NCBI GenBank assembly: GCA_051013385.1
Contig: CP143273.1
Location: forward strand, 1,280,001 to 1,344,000
DNA: 64,000 nt
Reading direction: 5' to 3'
Source of the DNA: Phormidium sp.
GTDB lineage: Bacteria > Cyanobacteriota > Cyanobacteriia > Cyanobacteriales > Aerosakkonemataceae
The notes beneath the pieces were generated by a model. It had not been told where the DNA came from and did not search any database. It saw only the letters and a list, made by a program, of their open reading frames with translations. Both the position numbers and the translations under genes were made by a program. Positions 21,560 through 31,371 of this stretch are shown piece by piece. The first letter of the stretch is position 1. Each line of letters starts with the position of its first letter.

Positions 21560-21828
21560 ACTATGCTTTTGAACTGGGAGATGATGGAGAGTCTGCTACT
21601 TGTGCGATCGCCTTTCACCGAGGTTGGGCGATCGCCACTGATGACAGAAAAGCCATCTCATTTTTTCAAAAAGAGGCTCCACATTTACAGATTTTGTCAA
21701 CATTGGAAGTCATAAAGCATTGGTCAGAAGAATTACATCTTGCACTCGATAATATGCGAATCAAAGGGCGCTATATACCGCATAGAAATCATCCTTTGCT
21801 TACTTGGTGGCAAACTTTTATCAAATGA
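21556..21828 (+). pseudogene. C-terminal fragment of a PIN-like protein
   Basis: LGDDGESATCAIA...WAIATDDRKA PIN-fold acidic motifs; N-terminus missing. Confidence 0.6.
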
Positions 21829-21859
21829 TGCTAACCTTTAAGAAGCAGTTAAATTGAGG

Positions 21860-21902
21860 AATTGCTCAGAATTATCTCCCAAACATCCTCACAACAAAGC
21901 TA
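21860..21902. repeat. 43-bp direct repeat, copy 1
   Basis: 42/43 identical to 29362-29404. Confidence 0.9.
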
Positions 21903-22002
21903 GATGGGTTTGCTGGTTAGCTCGATCGCTAATGTAAATGAAGTTCACGGGACTGAAAACCTCTTGATAGTTTCTTTTTTTAGCTAAAAAACAAATTCTA
22001 TT

Positions 22003-22587
22003 TTAATCTGTTGTAAAATCAACTTTATCGTAGAGATCTGCCAGGGAAATTTCACAGGGAACTGTTTTGAGAGTTAGGATTGATTCCGCACCATCATATT
22101 CTGAAAAAATCCATTGATGCGGCTCAGTTTTGTAGTACTGCTCAACGTGCATTGAGTATTGTTCGATCATCACATACTCTTGAAAGCTGGGAATAGTGCG
22201 GTAAGCTTTGAATTTTTCACCTCGATCGTAACCTTGAGTTGATTTTGATAAAACTTCCGCAATAATTACCGGATTAGTAATAGTATCTTTTCGCCCTTCT
22301 TGAAGTTCCAAATCTCCTTTAACTACCATAATATCCGGGTAAGTATAGATCCTTTGCCGGGGAATCCACAACCGTTGATCGCTGACAAACACATCGTAAG
22401 GTTGCCGTTTTAGAGCCAAGTATAGGATTGCACCGAAGTTAAGGATAATTCTGTTATGATTGGGCATTCCACCGGACATAAGGATGATTTCTCCATCAAT
22501 ATATTCATGTTTGTCTGTTGCGTTAACTTCTAGTTCTAAATAGTCTTCTGGAGTGTAATATTTTTGTTCTTCAGCTTGCATAATCAT
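22003..22587 (-). CDS. Uma2 family putative endonuclease
   Basis: HEYIDGEII, YTYPDIMVV, IAEVLSKST, DRGEKF..Y, EYVMIEQ. Confidence 0.9.
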   Translation of the reverse strand: MIMQAEEQKYYTPEDYLELEVNATDKHEYIDGEIILMSGGMPNHNRIILNFGAILYLALKRQPYDVFVSDQRLWIPRQRIYTYPDIMVVKGDLELQEGRKDTITNPVIIAEVLSKSTQGYDRGEKFKAYRTIPSFQEYVMIEQYSMHVEQYYKTEPHQWIFSEYDGAESILTLKTVPCEISLADLYDKVDFTTD

Positions 22588-22629
22588 CTGAATTAAACCT
22601 CTAAGTAAACTTACTTGATTTTATAGCAA

Positions 22630-22836
22630 CTATACACTTAGCAAAGGTAAATTGAGAGCTTGAAGATTGACAGAATCTACATTTTTAGAACAGTTGTCTA
22701 TTGTGATAGCAACTACTTTACCTCCGCTGTTATAATCTAAGATTAGATCATCAGTAATTGCATCGGTAGAAGCTACGGGTTTACTGGTTAGCTCGATCGC
22801 TAATGTATCAGTATCAGAAAAATATTGAATCTTCAT
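22630..22836 (-). CDS. DUF2283-like antitoxin-type small protein
   Basis: MKIQYFSDTDTLAIEL...ILDYNSGGKVVAITI pattern. Confidence 0.75.
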   Translation of the reverse strand: MKIQYFSDTDTLAIELTSKPVASTDAITDDLILDYNSGGKVVAITIDNCSKNVDSVNLQALNLPLLSV

Positions 22837-22888
22837 TGTGGTTCTTCCCCTCTTTGTTGTCTTTTGTAAAAGTTACTCAGGCTAACAA

Positions 22889-23194
22889 CTAAGTATTAAC
22901 TATTTCACTCAATGCTTCATTAATGATTTAATCACTGATACCCCGACGCTTTAAACTGGCAATCAATGCTGTTACTGTTTCGTTTTCAAATCGCTCTAAA
23001 TCGTTACGCAATCCCTGACCAATATAAGCGCGAATCAAAGGTTCATATCCTGAAAATCCTAACAATGGTGCAAGTCGTTTGAGGTCTTCCACAACATCTT
23101 CAGGAATGCGAATCGTTACGCTAGTTATGGGACGATTTCGTTCTAACCGCTTTTTTAATGTCTCAATTTTCATAGACTTATTGGTAGTCTTCAT
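22889..23194 (-). pseudogene. CopG/BrnA-like antitoxin with probable premature stop near the C-terminus
   Basis: SVTIRIPEDVVEDLKRLAPLLGFSGYEPLIRAYI RHH; after the TAA at 22930-22928 the frame continues IINEALSEIVNT*. Confidence 0.6.
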
Positions 23195-26100
23195 TGCTAT
23201 TTTTTTGAATTGGCATTCTGGGTGGTGCAGTTTTCCACATCAAATCGATATCTTCTGGAGTGAGTTCGTATGCTTGGTTAACCAAATTAGATAACTTATG
23301 CTCTAGTTGCAAAATTTCTCGATTTCGAGTTGGCATCGGTACAGCAAATTCATTATAAGCTTCTTTGATTTGTTTCTGTTCGGAAATACCTAATAATTTG
23401 CTTCCTTTTTTGGCTTTTGGCAGTCGTTTGCTGATTTCATCAATAAATTCTTGCTGGCTCAGTTTAGAAAAGTCCTCTAACTTTTGTCCTAGTTTTTCAA
23501 TATGGAATACTGAGCGTAACCAGTCCATTACATCGTTTTGATTTTCTTGGTTGATTTTTGTTAGTTCAATCAGACGAGAAACTTTCGGTTCAACTTGCGA
23601 TCGAATTTCATCTGATGGTGAGGCTATTGGCAAGGATTCCATTAAATAACCAGATGGACTCAATGCCTCATCCTTCATGTGTGGCAGATATCTCCAGCTA
23701 TACCACCACATAAGAGGAGAATTAAGTACCCCAAGAAGATAGAGATCGGAAGTTGGCAAAATAAATGCTTTATTATTGCTATATAGTCCACTTTCATCAT
23801 AGCTAAATGCCGAATGAAATTGAATCTCCTGATAGATTATTTTTGGTTCTTCAAATAGCTTCCAGTAGTCTATTGCATCTTGGATTTCATACCACTTAAA
23901 CGCCCCGGGCTTGCGACCTTGCCAACTGGTTTTACTGATGTTCTTAGGGCGGGGTTCAAGTTTTTTTTCTATATTGCTCCAGATATGCTTTAATCGCAGG
24001 ATAACTATCTATGTCGATTCCTCGTCTTGTGAAAACGAGCCAGAGGTTATTCCAAGTAGGGTTCCATCGCTTAACATCCTGACCTCGTAAACAAGGCTTT
24101 ATAATTTCGGCTGATTTAGGATCGGCTTTAATGAGTTCTTGCCTTTTTTCCTCATCTATTAAAAAGACTTCATTTAGTCCTGTAAGGACTCCCCAAAAAG
24201 GTTTTACACCTTTTGTAAATTCTATTAAAGGAGTACCTACAGTTCGGATTTTCTTTATTAAGTTTTCTAGTGCTGGCGGCTCTAAACTCCAAGCATCAGC
24301 AGTAAATCGCGCCCAAGGAACAGGGTAGCCTGATTGATAAACATATTCTGTAAGATCTATGCTTTCTAATTTCTCGCGGGGAACAGGACAAATGAGAACG
24401 GGAGATGGGGATGAATTAGTTGCATTAGAACGGTAAACTTTACGAACAACAACAATGCAGGGAAATACATCAGCATCTGCAAAAATGGGGGCGTGTCCAA
24501 AATCAACAATTTGTTCAAACACACAGTTCTCTGTAAAAAATTGCCTTAGCGCTTCTCCATAACCCGCCCGTAGCCATTTATTTGTAACAATATAAGATAA
24601 TGCTCCACTCGTTCTAAGAATCGTCACGCCTCTTTCATAGAAATAGGTGTAAAGATCCGCAACACCATGATAAGACTTATATTGAGCTTTGAAAAATGGC
24701 TTAATTTCTCCTAATCCTTCCTGCCTAACATACGGAGGATTTCCCACCACTACATCAAACCCCGCATTCTCATTCCAACTAGCATTTTCCAAATCAATAA
24801 ACACTTCTGGAAACTCCAAATCCCAATGAAAAAAGCGTTTCTCTTCACCGAGTTTTTGCGCCTCCTCATAAACAGCTTTATCTGCCTTACTCATCTTTTT
24901 AGGATTAGCAGTAATCGCATTTGTTCCATAGACTCGCAAAAAATTATCCGCTTGTTTCAAACCGAAAAACTTAGAAACATAAATATCTAACAACCGCTTA
25001 AAAGGTTTTGCAGCTTCATCAAAAGAACGAAATAACTTTTCGCTTTGCTCAACTTCGGCAAAAGTAGCATCACTCAAAACACTCACACCGCGCATGATTT
25101 CCGCTGCTTTCAATAACCCTACAAATGGCCCTGTTAGCAAATTTAACTGTCCGCTTTCTTCCTGCGCCATCTTTGCTTCCGCTTCTCTCGCTGTCGTACC
25201 AATTAACGAATTACCACAGCGCAAATGATGATCTAAAAAACTCAAAGGTGCGCCAATTGTAAAAGAATGCAACCACAAACTTACCTTTGCCAACTCTACC
25301 GCCATTGGGTTTAAATCCACACCATAAATGCAGCGTTTCATTACTACCCGTTGTAACAGTTGAATTGGTTCTAATCGATCGGGATTAATCCTAATTCCCT
25401 GCTGTTCTAAGTTTTGTAAAATGCTTTGCCTGGTTTGATCCAACATTTCCAAAACTGGATTATGTTCTGGATATTCGGTTAAAATGGCAATTAATTCATC
25501 AGTCAAATAATCCACTGCTTCCACTAAAAAATGACCGCTTCCCATTGCCGGATCGCAAATTTTAATATCGAGTAATGTGCTTTGTGCTTCTCGTTCTAAT
25601 CGTTGTAAATTCTTTTGCAATCCGTTAATACTTTGCTTTCCTAACCGTTGATCCTGTAATTCACTTTGCAGTTGGGAAATTTGCGCTATTAGTTCGCTAA
25701 ATTTGGCTTTTCGCTGTTCTAAAATTGGCTTGATTGTATGGCTGACAATGTATTTTACAATATATTCTGGAGTGTAATAAGATCCGGTAGCTTTTCGTTC
25801 TCCTTTATCATTTTCTAAATGTACCGATACCTGGAAGGGCGGGTTTTGTTGAGAGATTGTTTGTTCGACGGAAGGGTTATCTGCTAAACCCGCCCCTACA
25901 CAATCAATTTTTACTCTATATTCTAACAATCCCTCGTAAATAGAACCAAGTTGGCGGACACCCAAAAAACTATAATCGATCGGTTGTCCTTCAAATCTCG
26001 CCAGTCGATCTAATACAGGTGCTAATACTGCATCAGATAACTTAAATTGAGACAAAAAATGATTAGCGTGAAACTCTATTCGATCTGATTGCTGATGGAA

Positions 26101-27186
26101 ATCAAAGTGAAATAAACCGCCATTGTAACGAGGTACTTCTAAACCTGGATCGCCGCGATCGACAATTTGAAACAAATTCAATAAGCGATCGTACATTCCC
26201 GTCGAAGTTTGGCTCAAATTCCTTTGATCATTAATGATTTTAGCTACTTCTTGCGTTAACTTAATTAAGCTATAGTTTCGATAGTCCCTATCAATAGGTA
26301 ATAAATTTCTGGCTTCCGCATATAATAAGAATAACAGCTTATAAAGAAAAGATAATGTTGCTTCATACACCTGTTCTGATGTCACATTTTCTCCCCGTCG
26401 GGTAGCATCTGCCACAAAACCACCTGCTAAATCGGGAAAAATGCGATCGAACACCAACGCTTTTAATTCATTCCCAACTCGCGTTGCATAAGTAGTGCTA
26501 CCCTCTCGCACTCGTTCTAAAAAATTGCGTCCTTGGGAATCTTTAACAAATGCTTCTTGGCGAAAGAATAGCCAAAAATATTTAAATTGATCTAAATCTT
26601 CCGCTTCCAAAAGTTCCACCAAATCCACTTGATAAAACTCCGTTGCAGTGGAAGAAGCTTGTCGATAATATAGTCGCCACTCTCTCCCATTGGTTAAAAT
26701 TCCCCAATCTACCCCAGTACCCGTGAGATAGTTGGTGATTTGAAAAGATGGGTTTTCATTTTTATAAATATCGCGTTTATCGTTAGCAGAAACTTTGCTT
26801 AAAGGACGTTCCCAGTATTTAGCTTCTGCGATCGCACTTACCCGCGCATAAAATGCTGTTTCATTATTTTTTATATCATAGGCAGCATCGAGATCATTTT
26901 TATTATTAAATAAAGCATAATCTAGACGTTCTGCCCTACCTTTACCGCGAGTCGTCACTTGGGGAATATGACTAAATCCCAAAATATCCAACACAGGTTT
27001 AATAAATACTTCCTCAGTCTGCGCCTCACTCAGCTTTGGCAACAAAGATTTTTTAGAAATATAAAGACTTTTTAACTTTTCCAAATCCGCAGATACATTT
27101 ATTTGCCATTCCGAGCATTCTTTCAGCCGATTATTAAGATAATGCTGCGAAAAAAGCGGTTTGTTTGGTTTTTGCCCATCTGCCAT
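23178..27186 (-). pseudogene. Type IIG (Eco57I-like) restriction-modification enzyme, frameshifted
   Basis: N-terminal D...EAK nuclease, DPAMGSGHF motif I and GNPPY motif IV; an extra A in the A8 run (23961-23968) separates it from the continuing frame LEPRP..GRKPGAFKWYEIQD..YLLGVLNS ending at 23178. Confidence 0.85.
25831..25900. repeat. GTAGGGGCGGG palindromic element inserted in frame in the R-M gene
   Basis: First 21 bp identical to 8710-8730; reverse complement aligns with 8594-8659. Confidence 0.85.
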
Positions 27187-27311
27187 GATGAAATTCCCTG
27201 ATTTTTAGTATTCCATTGTTAATTCGTTGCTTATGACTAAATTTTAGATTCTAGATTACCATCATTATCAAAGGTATATTCTGGTAATAATGATAATCTA
27301 CAATTTCCTAT

Positions 27312-27453
27312 TAAGTAGGTAGAGCTAAATAAAGTAAAATAAAGGCGAGCAAGATGCCCACCCCACAAGAAAGTTGAAAATCTTGTGGGGTGGGCATCTT
27401 GTCCACCCCATTGATAGATGACTATTTTCACTTTATTTATTTGCACCTACTTA
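27312..27453. mobile_element. MITE-like element
   Basis: Terminal inverted repeats taagtaggt..aaataaagt / actttattt..acctactta; internal gcccaccccacaaga hairpin; related copy at 55643-55876. Confidence 0.75.
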
Positions 27454-29088
27454 TCAAATGCTGATGCTGTTAGGAATTAGGTAAGGTTTGAGGTAGATAT
27501 ACGGCACTAAACGACTCTTATTATTGAGGTCTATCTGTCGCTCCACTGCGTTCAAATCCTGCTTAAATTGCTCGACAACAGCCTGGGCTTGAGGGTCTGG
27601 AAAATCATTATCATAGTAACCCAATCTGTCATAGCGGTAAGCAGAAAGGATATATACTATTGTTAGTTGGTCAGCCGCTTGCTTCGGTGGTGGAAGAAAA
27701 GACATCAAACTTTTTTCGTCGGCAATGGAAAGATCTTCTGTAAGTTGTTGATAGGCAGCAAGAGGCATATTAGGAACGAAAGCCATGTATTCGTATTGGG
27801 GGAAGTTCACGGCTGCGTGTTGCGGGCCACAAGTAAAAATAATTGTGGTGACAATATCTATTAATTGATCTAGGGTTTCGATGCGATCGCGCATACCCTT
27901 GATCCTCCCACCTTCGGGAGATGCCAATTCCTGCGCCCAAGCTTGTAATTCCCGATCGTTGCTAACATCTTCCGGCGTTTTGTAGTAAATTTTCAGATAA
28001 TTAGAAACGAATTTTTTCAGCGCATTCCACACCAGCATCCCATCATCCCGATAGGGATAATGCGGCAATCTTTTCGGATCGTCCATACCGCGATTTTTGA
28101 TTTCCGTCGGGAAGGCAGACCCATCTAAACTCCATTCTTCATAAGAATTTTTCACAATTTGCAGCGACTCTTGTAAAGTTCCCCCTAGCAAATCATCTAC
28201 AAAGCCACCTCTGTTAATCAAGCGTTTGCGAGCTAAATCATTATTAGCCAGCATAAATTGGAAGTGAGGTCTTAAGAGTAAACCCAAGGGATGATTTGAC
28301 GCTAATTGTCTAGCAGTAGCAACAGCAAATGGTTCCATAACCAAGTGAGTGCGGCACAGATGGCTGCTCATTTCATGGTGATTTCCATCAGCAATTTGAA
28401 CGCAAATCTTGGCTTTAAACCAAGTTAAAGGGTTATCAAAAGGAGTAATAATATTGGTAGTTTTGCCATTTTCTAGGTTAAGCTGGATGCCAACGGGTAC
28501 GAGTTGACCGCGATCGCTATAACCAGAACTTCGCCAGCAAAATAATGCCTTTGGCTTCGGCAGATAACTCTTACCCCGTTCGTAAGTGCCTCCTTGCACA
28601 AAGGAAAGGTTTGTGTAATCAGCTACATACAGATTGCCATTATCCAGTTCTTGCCGTAAATTCAACGATGAGCCAAACTTGGTTTGCAAGCTTTCCAAAG
28701 TTTTCGGCGCGAGTTCGTTGATACTGCGTATGACCAAAGGATTGACTCCGCACAACCGCTGTTCGCAGAACGAATCGTCAGTTTGGTAGGTCTTGATCGT
28801 CTGCGGTCTGCGTAGGACTGGGAAAAAGTCTTCGTAGTCTTGCAGTTCATCCAAGGGGTCCCAGAGCGATCGCAATTGCACTGCCAAGGTATTTACGGGA
28901 AGTTCGGATGAAGCTAATAGCCGTTCGGAGATATATTTGCCAGAAAAGTTTTCTCTCTGGGGCAAATTCTTGAGTAGCGACAGGGGAGATAAATAATTTA
29001 AGTCAAATTCATACTCTGCACGATTGCGCTGCAACCAATCAAGGCGTTTTTGGGGTTCGGGGTCATTTTGTGGGAGGTATGTTGTCAT
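27454..29088 (-). CDS. Lipoxygenase (cyanobacterial type, catalytic domain only)
   Basis: WFKAK, NHHEMSSHLCRTHLVMEPF, YPYRDDG, QHAAVNFPQY and C-terminal IPNSISI with the terminal Ile ligand. Confidence 0.93.
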   Translation of the reverse strand: MTTYLPQNDPEPQKRLDWLQRNRAEYEFDLNYLSPLSLLKNLPQRENFSGKYISERLLASSELPVNTLAVQLRSLWDPLDELQDYEDFFPVLRRPQTIKTYQTDDSFCEQRLCGVNPLVIRSINELAPKTLESLQTKFGSSLNLRQELDNGNLYVADYTNLSFVQGGTYERGKSYLPKPKALFCWRSSGYSDRGQLVPVGIQLNLENGKTTNIITPFDNPLTWFKAKICVQIADGNHHEMSSHLCRTHLVMEPFAVATARQLASNHPLGLLLRPHFQFMLANNDLARKRLINRGGFVDDLLGGTLQESLQIVKNSYEEWSLDGSAFPTEIKNRGMDDPKRLPHYPYRDDGMLVWNALKKFVSNYLKIYYKTPEDVSNDRELQAWAQELASPEGGRIKGMRDRIETLDQLIDIVTTIIFTCGPQHAAVNFPQYEYMAFVPNMPLAAYQQLTEDLSIADEKSLMSFLPPPKQAADQLTIVYILSAYRYDRLGYYDNDFPDPQAQAVVEQFKQDLNAVERQIDLNNKSRLVPYIYLKPYLIPNSISI

Positions 29089-29228
29089 AATGCCGAATGA
29101 ATAAAACTAGTGAGTGGGAATTTTCATTAGTAGGCTTAATATATACTCACTCAGTCTACGCTTCACTCAGGGTTGGCAACAAAATTTTTTTACATAAATA
29201 AATCTTTTTTAACTTTTGATGACAACCC

Positions 29229-29261
29229 AGAAACCGGGTTTCTTCAAGAAACCCGGTTTCT
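29229..29261. repeat. cttcttcaagaag-type palindromic element
   Basis: agaaaccgggtttcttcaagaaacccggtttct; relatives at 33729-33763 and 44712-44744. Confidence 0.75.
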
Positions 29262-29330
29262 TTGTACCTGTTTTACCGGAAAAGTGCTGTAAAAATCGCC
29301 CCTTTGATGCCAAATTTTTGCCATTCTGCT

Positions 29331-29921
29331 TCAAGATGCTTTTGCCATTGTGCCTTTGCACAATTGCTCAGAATTATCTCCCAAACATCCTAACAACAAA
29401 GCTAAACGAATTTGCATGGCTTCATCAAATTTTCGGGGGTCGAGTCCGGTTAAAGAAGTGATTTTTTCTAAGCGATAACTCCGGGTATTGCGATGAATAC
29501 AAAGTCGCTTCGCTGTAGAGGAAGGACAACAATTTTCTAAGAAAAAGGCATCTAAAGTTTTGATTAAATTAGCTATAACTAAACTGCTACGATTCACGAT
29601 CGCAGCTAGTTCCGGTACAGAAGTTTTCCCGACTAAAGAAACAATATTTTGATGATTTAGAACAGGTGCAACTAATTCCGTTTCGCGAGCAGTCCCCACC
29701 ACCACAACTTTTAATTTAGTTTCCTTTACCCGATCGATCTAAGGTAATAAAGGCGCAACTTGACTGCCAGCCGGAGATGCCATTAAAGTAATTGAGGCAT
29801 TTGGTAAATGAGAATGTATTGTCCGTAAAGCCGGACTAAGCATCACCACATCACCAATATTATCTAAGCGAATTACCAGAATACGTCGGACATTTTGCCA
29901 TTCAATTGGTAACATGGGCAT
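29331..29921 (-). pseudogene. Degraded GT9 gene fused to a PucR/CdaR C-terminal HTH fragment
   Basis: RLDNIGDVVML start, TAG at 29741-29739, in-frame jump to VSLVGKTSVPELAA..VIAN, then LIKTLDAFF..TAKRLCIHRNT..YRLEKI (HTH_30-like). Confidence 0.8.
29362..29404. repeat. 43-bp direct repeat, copy 2
   Basis: 42/43 identical to 21860-21902. Confidence 0.9.
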
Positions 29922-29952
29922 CTCCTTTGGCGAGACAGGAAATTACAGGAAT

Positions 29953-31029
29953 TTAGATTTTGGATTGGAGATTTTTCAGCGAAATTTCCTCCTCTTCCTT
30001 TCCTCCCATAACTAAATCAAAAGCTTGAGCAATTACCATCTCTGGGGAAATTCCTGAAGTATCGTAAATGGCGCGATGGAGAACATCATTTAATGGTGCC
30101 CAGCGATCGGGATCTGAGATCGTAAACACCACCACACTCGGAACCTTTAAAGCCGCTGCTAAATGAGAAACTCCAGTATCATTGCAAACCACTAACCGGG
30201 TACGGGTTAACAGAGTTGCCAAAGCACCCAAATTAGTACGACCTGCTAAATTCAAACTGTCAGCTTGCATCTTAGCGGCTACTGATTTGGTTAACTCGAT
30301 TTCGTGCTGCGAACCTGTGAGTACCACCCGTAAACCCAAACTTGCCAACTCATCTGCCACCTGTGCAAAACCAGCTGGCGACCAACAACGTAGCGGTGTA
30401 CTTGCACCTGGATGAATGCAGACAAATTCGCCTGTTCGTAATTGTTGTGCTTCGGGAATTTCTCGCAGTGCTTGTGCGTCTTCCTCCCACAAGGGAAACT
30501 CTAACTCCTCCCCTTGGGAAGGCACCCCGATATATTCTAAAAGCCTTAAGTAACGCCGCACTTCTGATTCATGGGCGAGGTAAGGCAAAAAGGATCTTTC
30601 ATCTGGGCAATATTCCCCAGGCGCAAAAAAGCCAGCACAGACACGGGCAGCAAACAGCTTAATCAGTGGATTTGTCACCGTACCGCTGCCGTGCATTTGC
30701 ATTGCTAAGTCAAAATGCTGACTTTGGACATATTGCAAAAACAGGGGAATTTGTTCCAATTGGGGTGTTAACTCCGGTAATCCCGGAAAACCGGGAAATT
30801 CCCAGAGTTCATCGAGATAATGGCGGAAGCGATCGAACAATGGTTTAATCTGCGACGATCCAATCAGGATAATTTTCGCTTCTGGAAAGGCAGCACGTAG
30901 CGATCGCCAGGTCGGAACAGCGCAAAGAAAATCACCCAGTCCTACCAAAGCACGTAAAACCACTATTCGCTGGGGACGAAACTGTAAGGTTTTAGCAGAA
31001 TGGAAGAAACGTTCAGGAATCTGATTCAC
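29953..31029 (-). CDS. Glycosyltransferase family 9 (heptosyltransferase-like)
   Basis: GLGDFLCAVP, IHPGAS, NLAGRTNL, VCNDTGVSHLAAAL. Confidence 0.92.
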   Translation of the reverse strand: MNQIPERFFHSAKTLQFRPQRIVVLRALVGLGDFLCAVPTWRSLRAAFPEAKIILIGSSQIKPLFDRFRHYLDELWEFPGFPGLPELTPQLEQIPLFLQYVQSQHFDLAMQMHGSGTVTNPLIKLFAARVCAGFFAPGEYCPDERSFLPYLAHESEVRRYLRLLEYIGVPSQGEELEFPLWEEDAQALREIPEAQQLRTGEFVCIHPGASTPLRCWSPAGFAQVADELASLGLRVVLTGSQHEIELTKSVAAKMQADSLNLAGRTNLGALATLLTRTRLVVCNDTGVSHLAAALKVPSVVVFTISDPDRWAPLNDVLHRAIYDTSGISPEMVIAQAFDLVMGGKEEEEISLKNLQSKI

Positions 31030-31371
31030 ACTTAACAGCTGGTAAAAACATCAATAGGACAAAGTTAACCCAAGAGGCTATGGAACGACAAAGCCTAAAT
31101 ACCTTTGAGTAACCCAGTGAAATTCTTTGCTGTTAAGTAAAATAGCCTCTTAACACCGTCTTTGCTTCTACCCCAAGAGTTAACTTTTCGCAATAACTCA
31201 AAGTAATTTTTGGTTTGAATGTATAGTTAATTACACAATAAAGATAAATATTCAATTGTCTCCCCTGCTCCCCTGCCCTCTTTCTCTGGGATCTGTACCA
31301 GTGAAAGCAAAGGTTTTAAGCTGATAATTGGGTTAATCGCCCAGAAAATTCAAGTTATTTAGCTAACAATT

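Noticed and set aside
27237..27446. 69-aa ORF
   Set aside because: Mostly the MITE sequence
29216..29461. 81-aa ORF (QKPGFFKKPGF)
   Set aside because: Derived from a palindromic repeat and antisense to the PucR fragment
20185..29921. Prophage or integrative element
   Set aside because: No integrase, transposase, phage structural gene or tRNA target seen; treated as a decayed accessory patch
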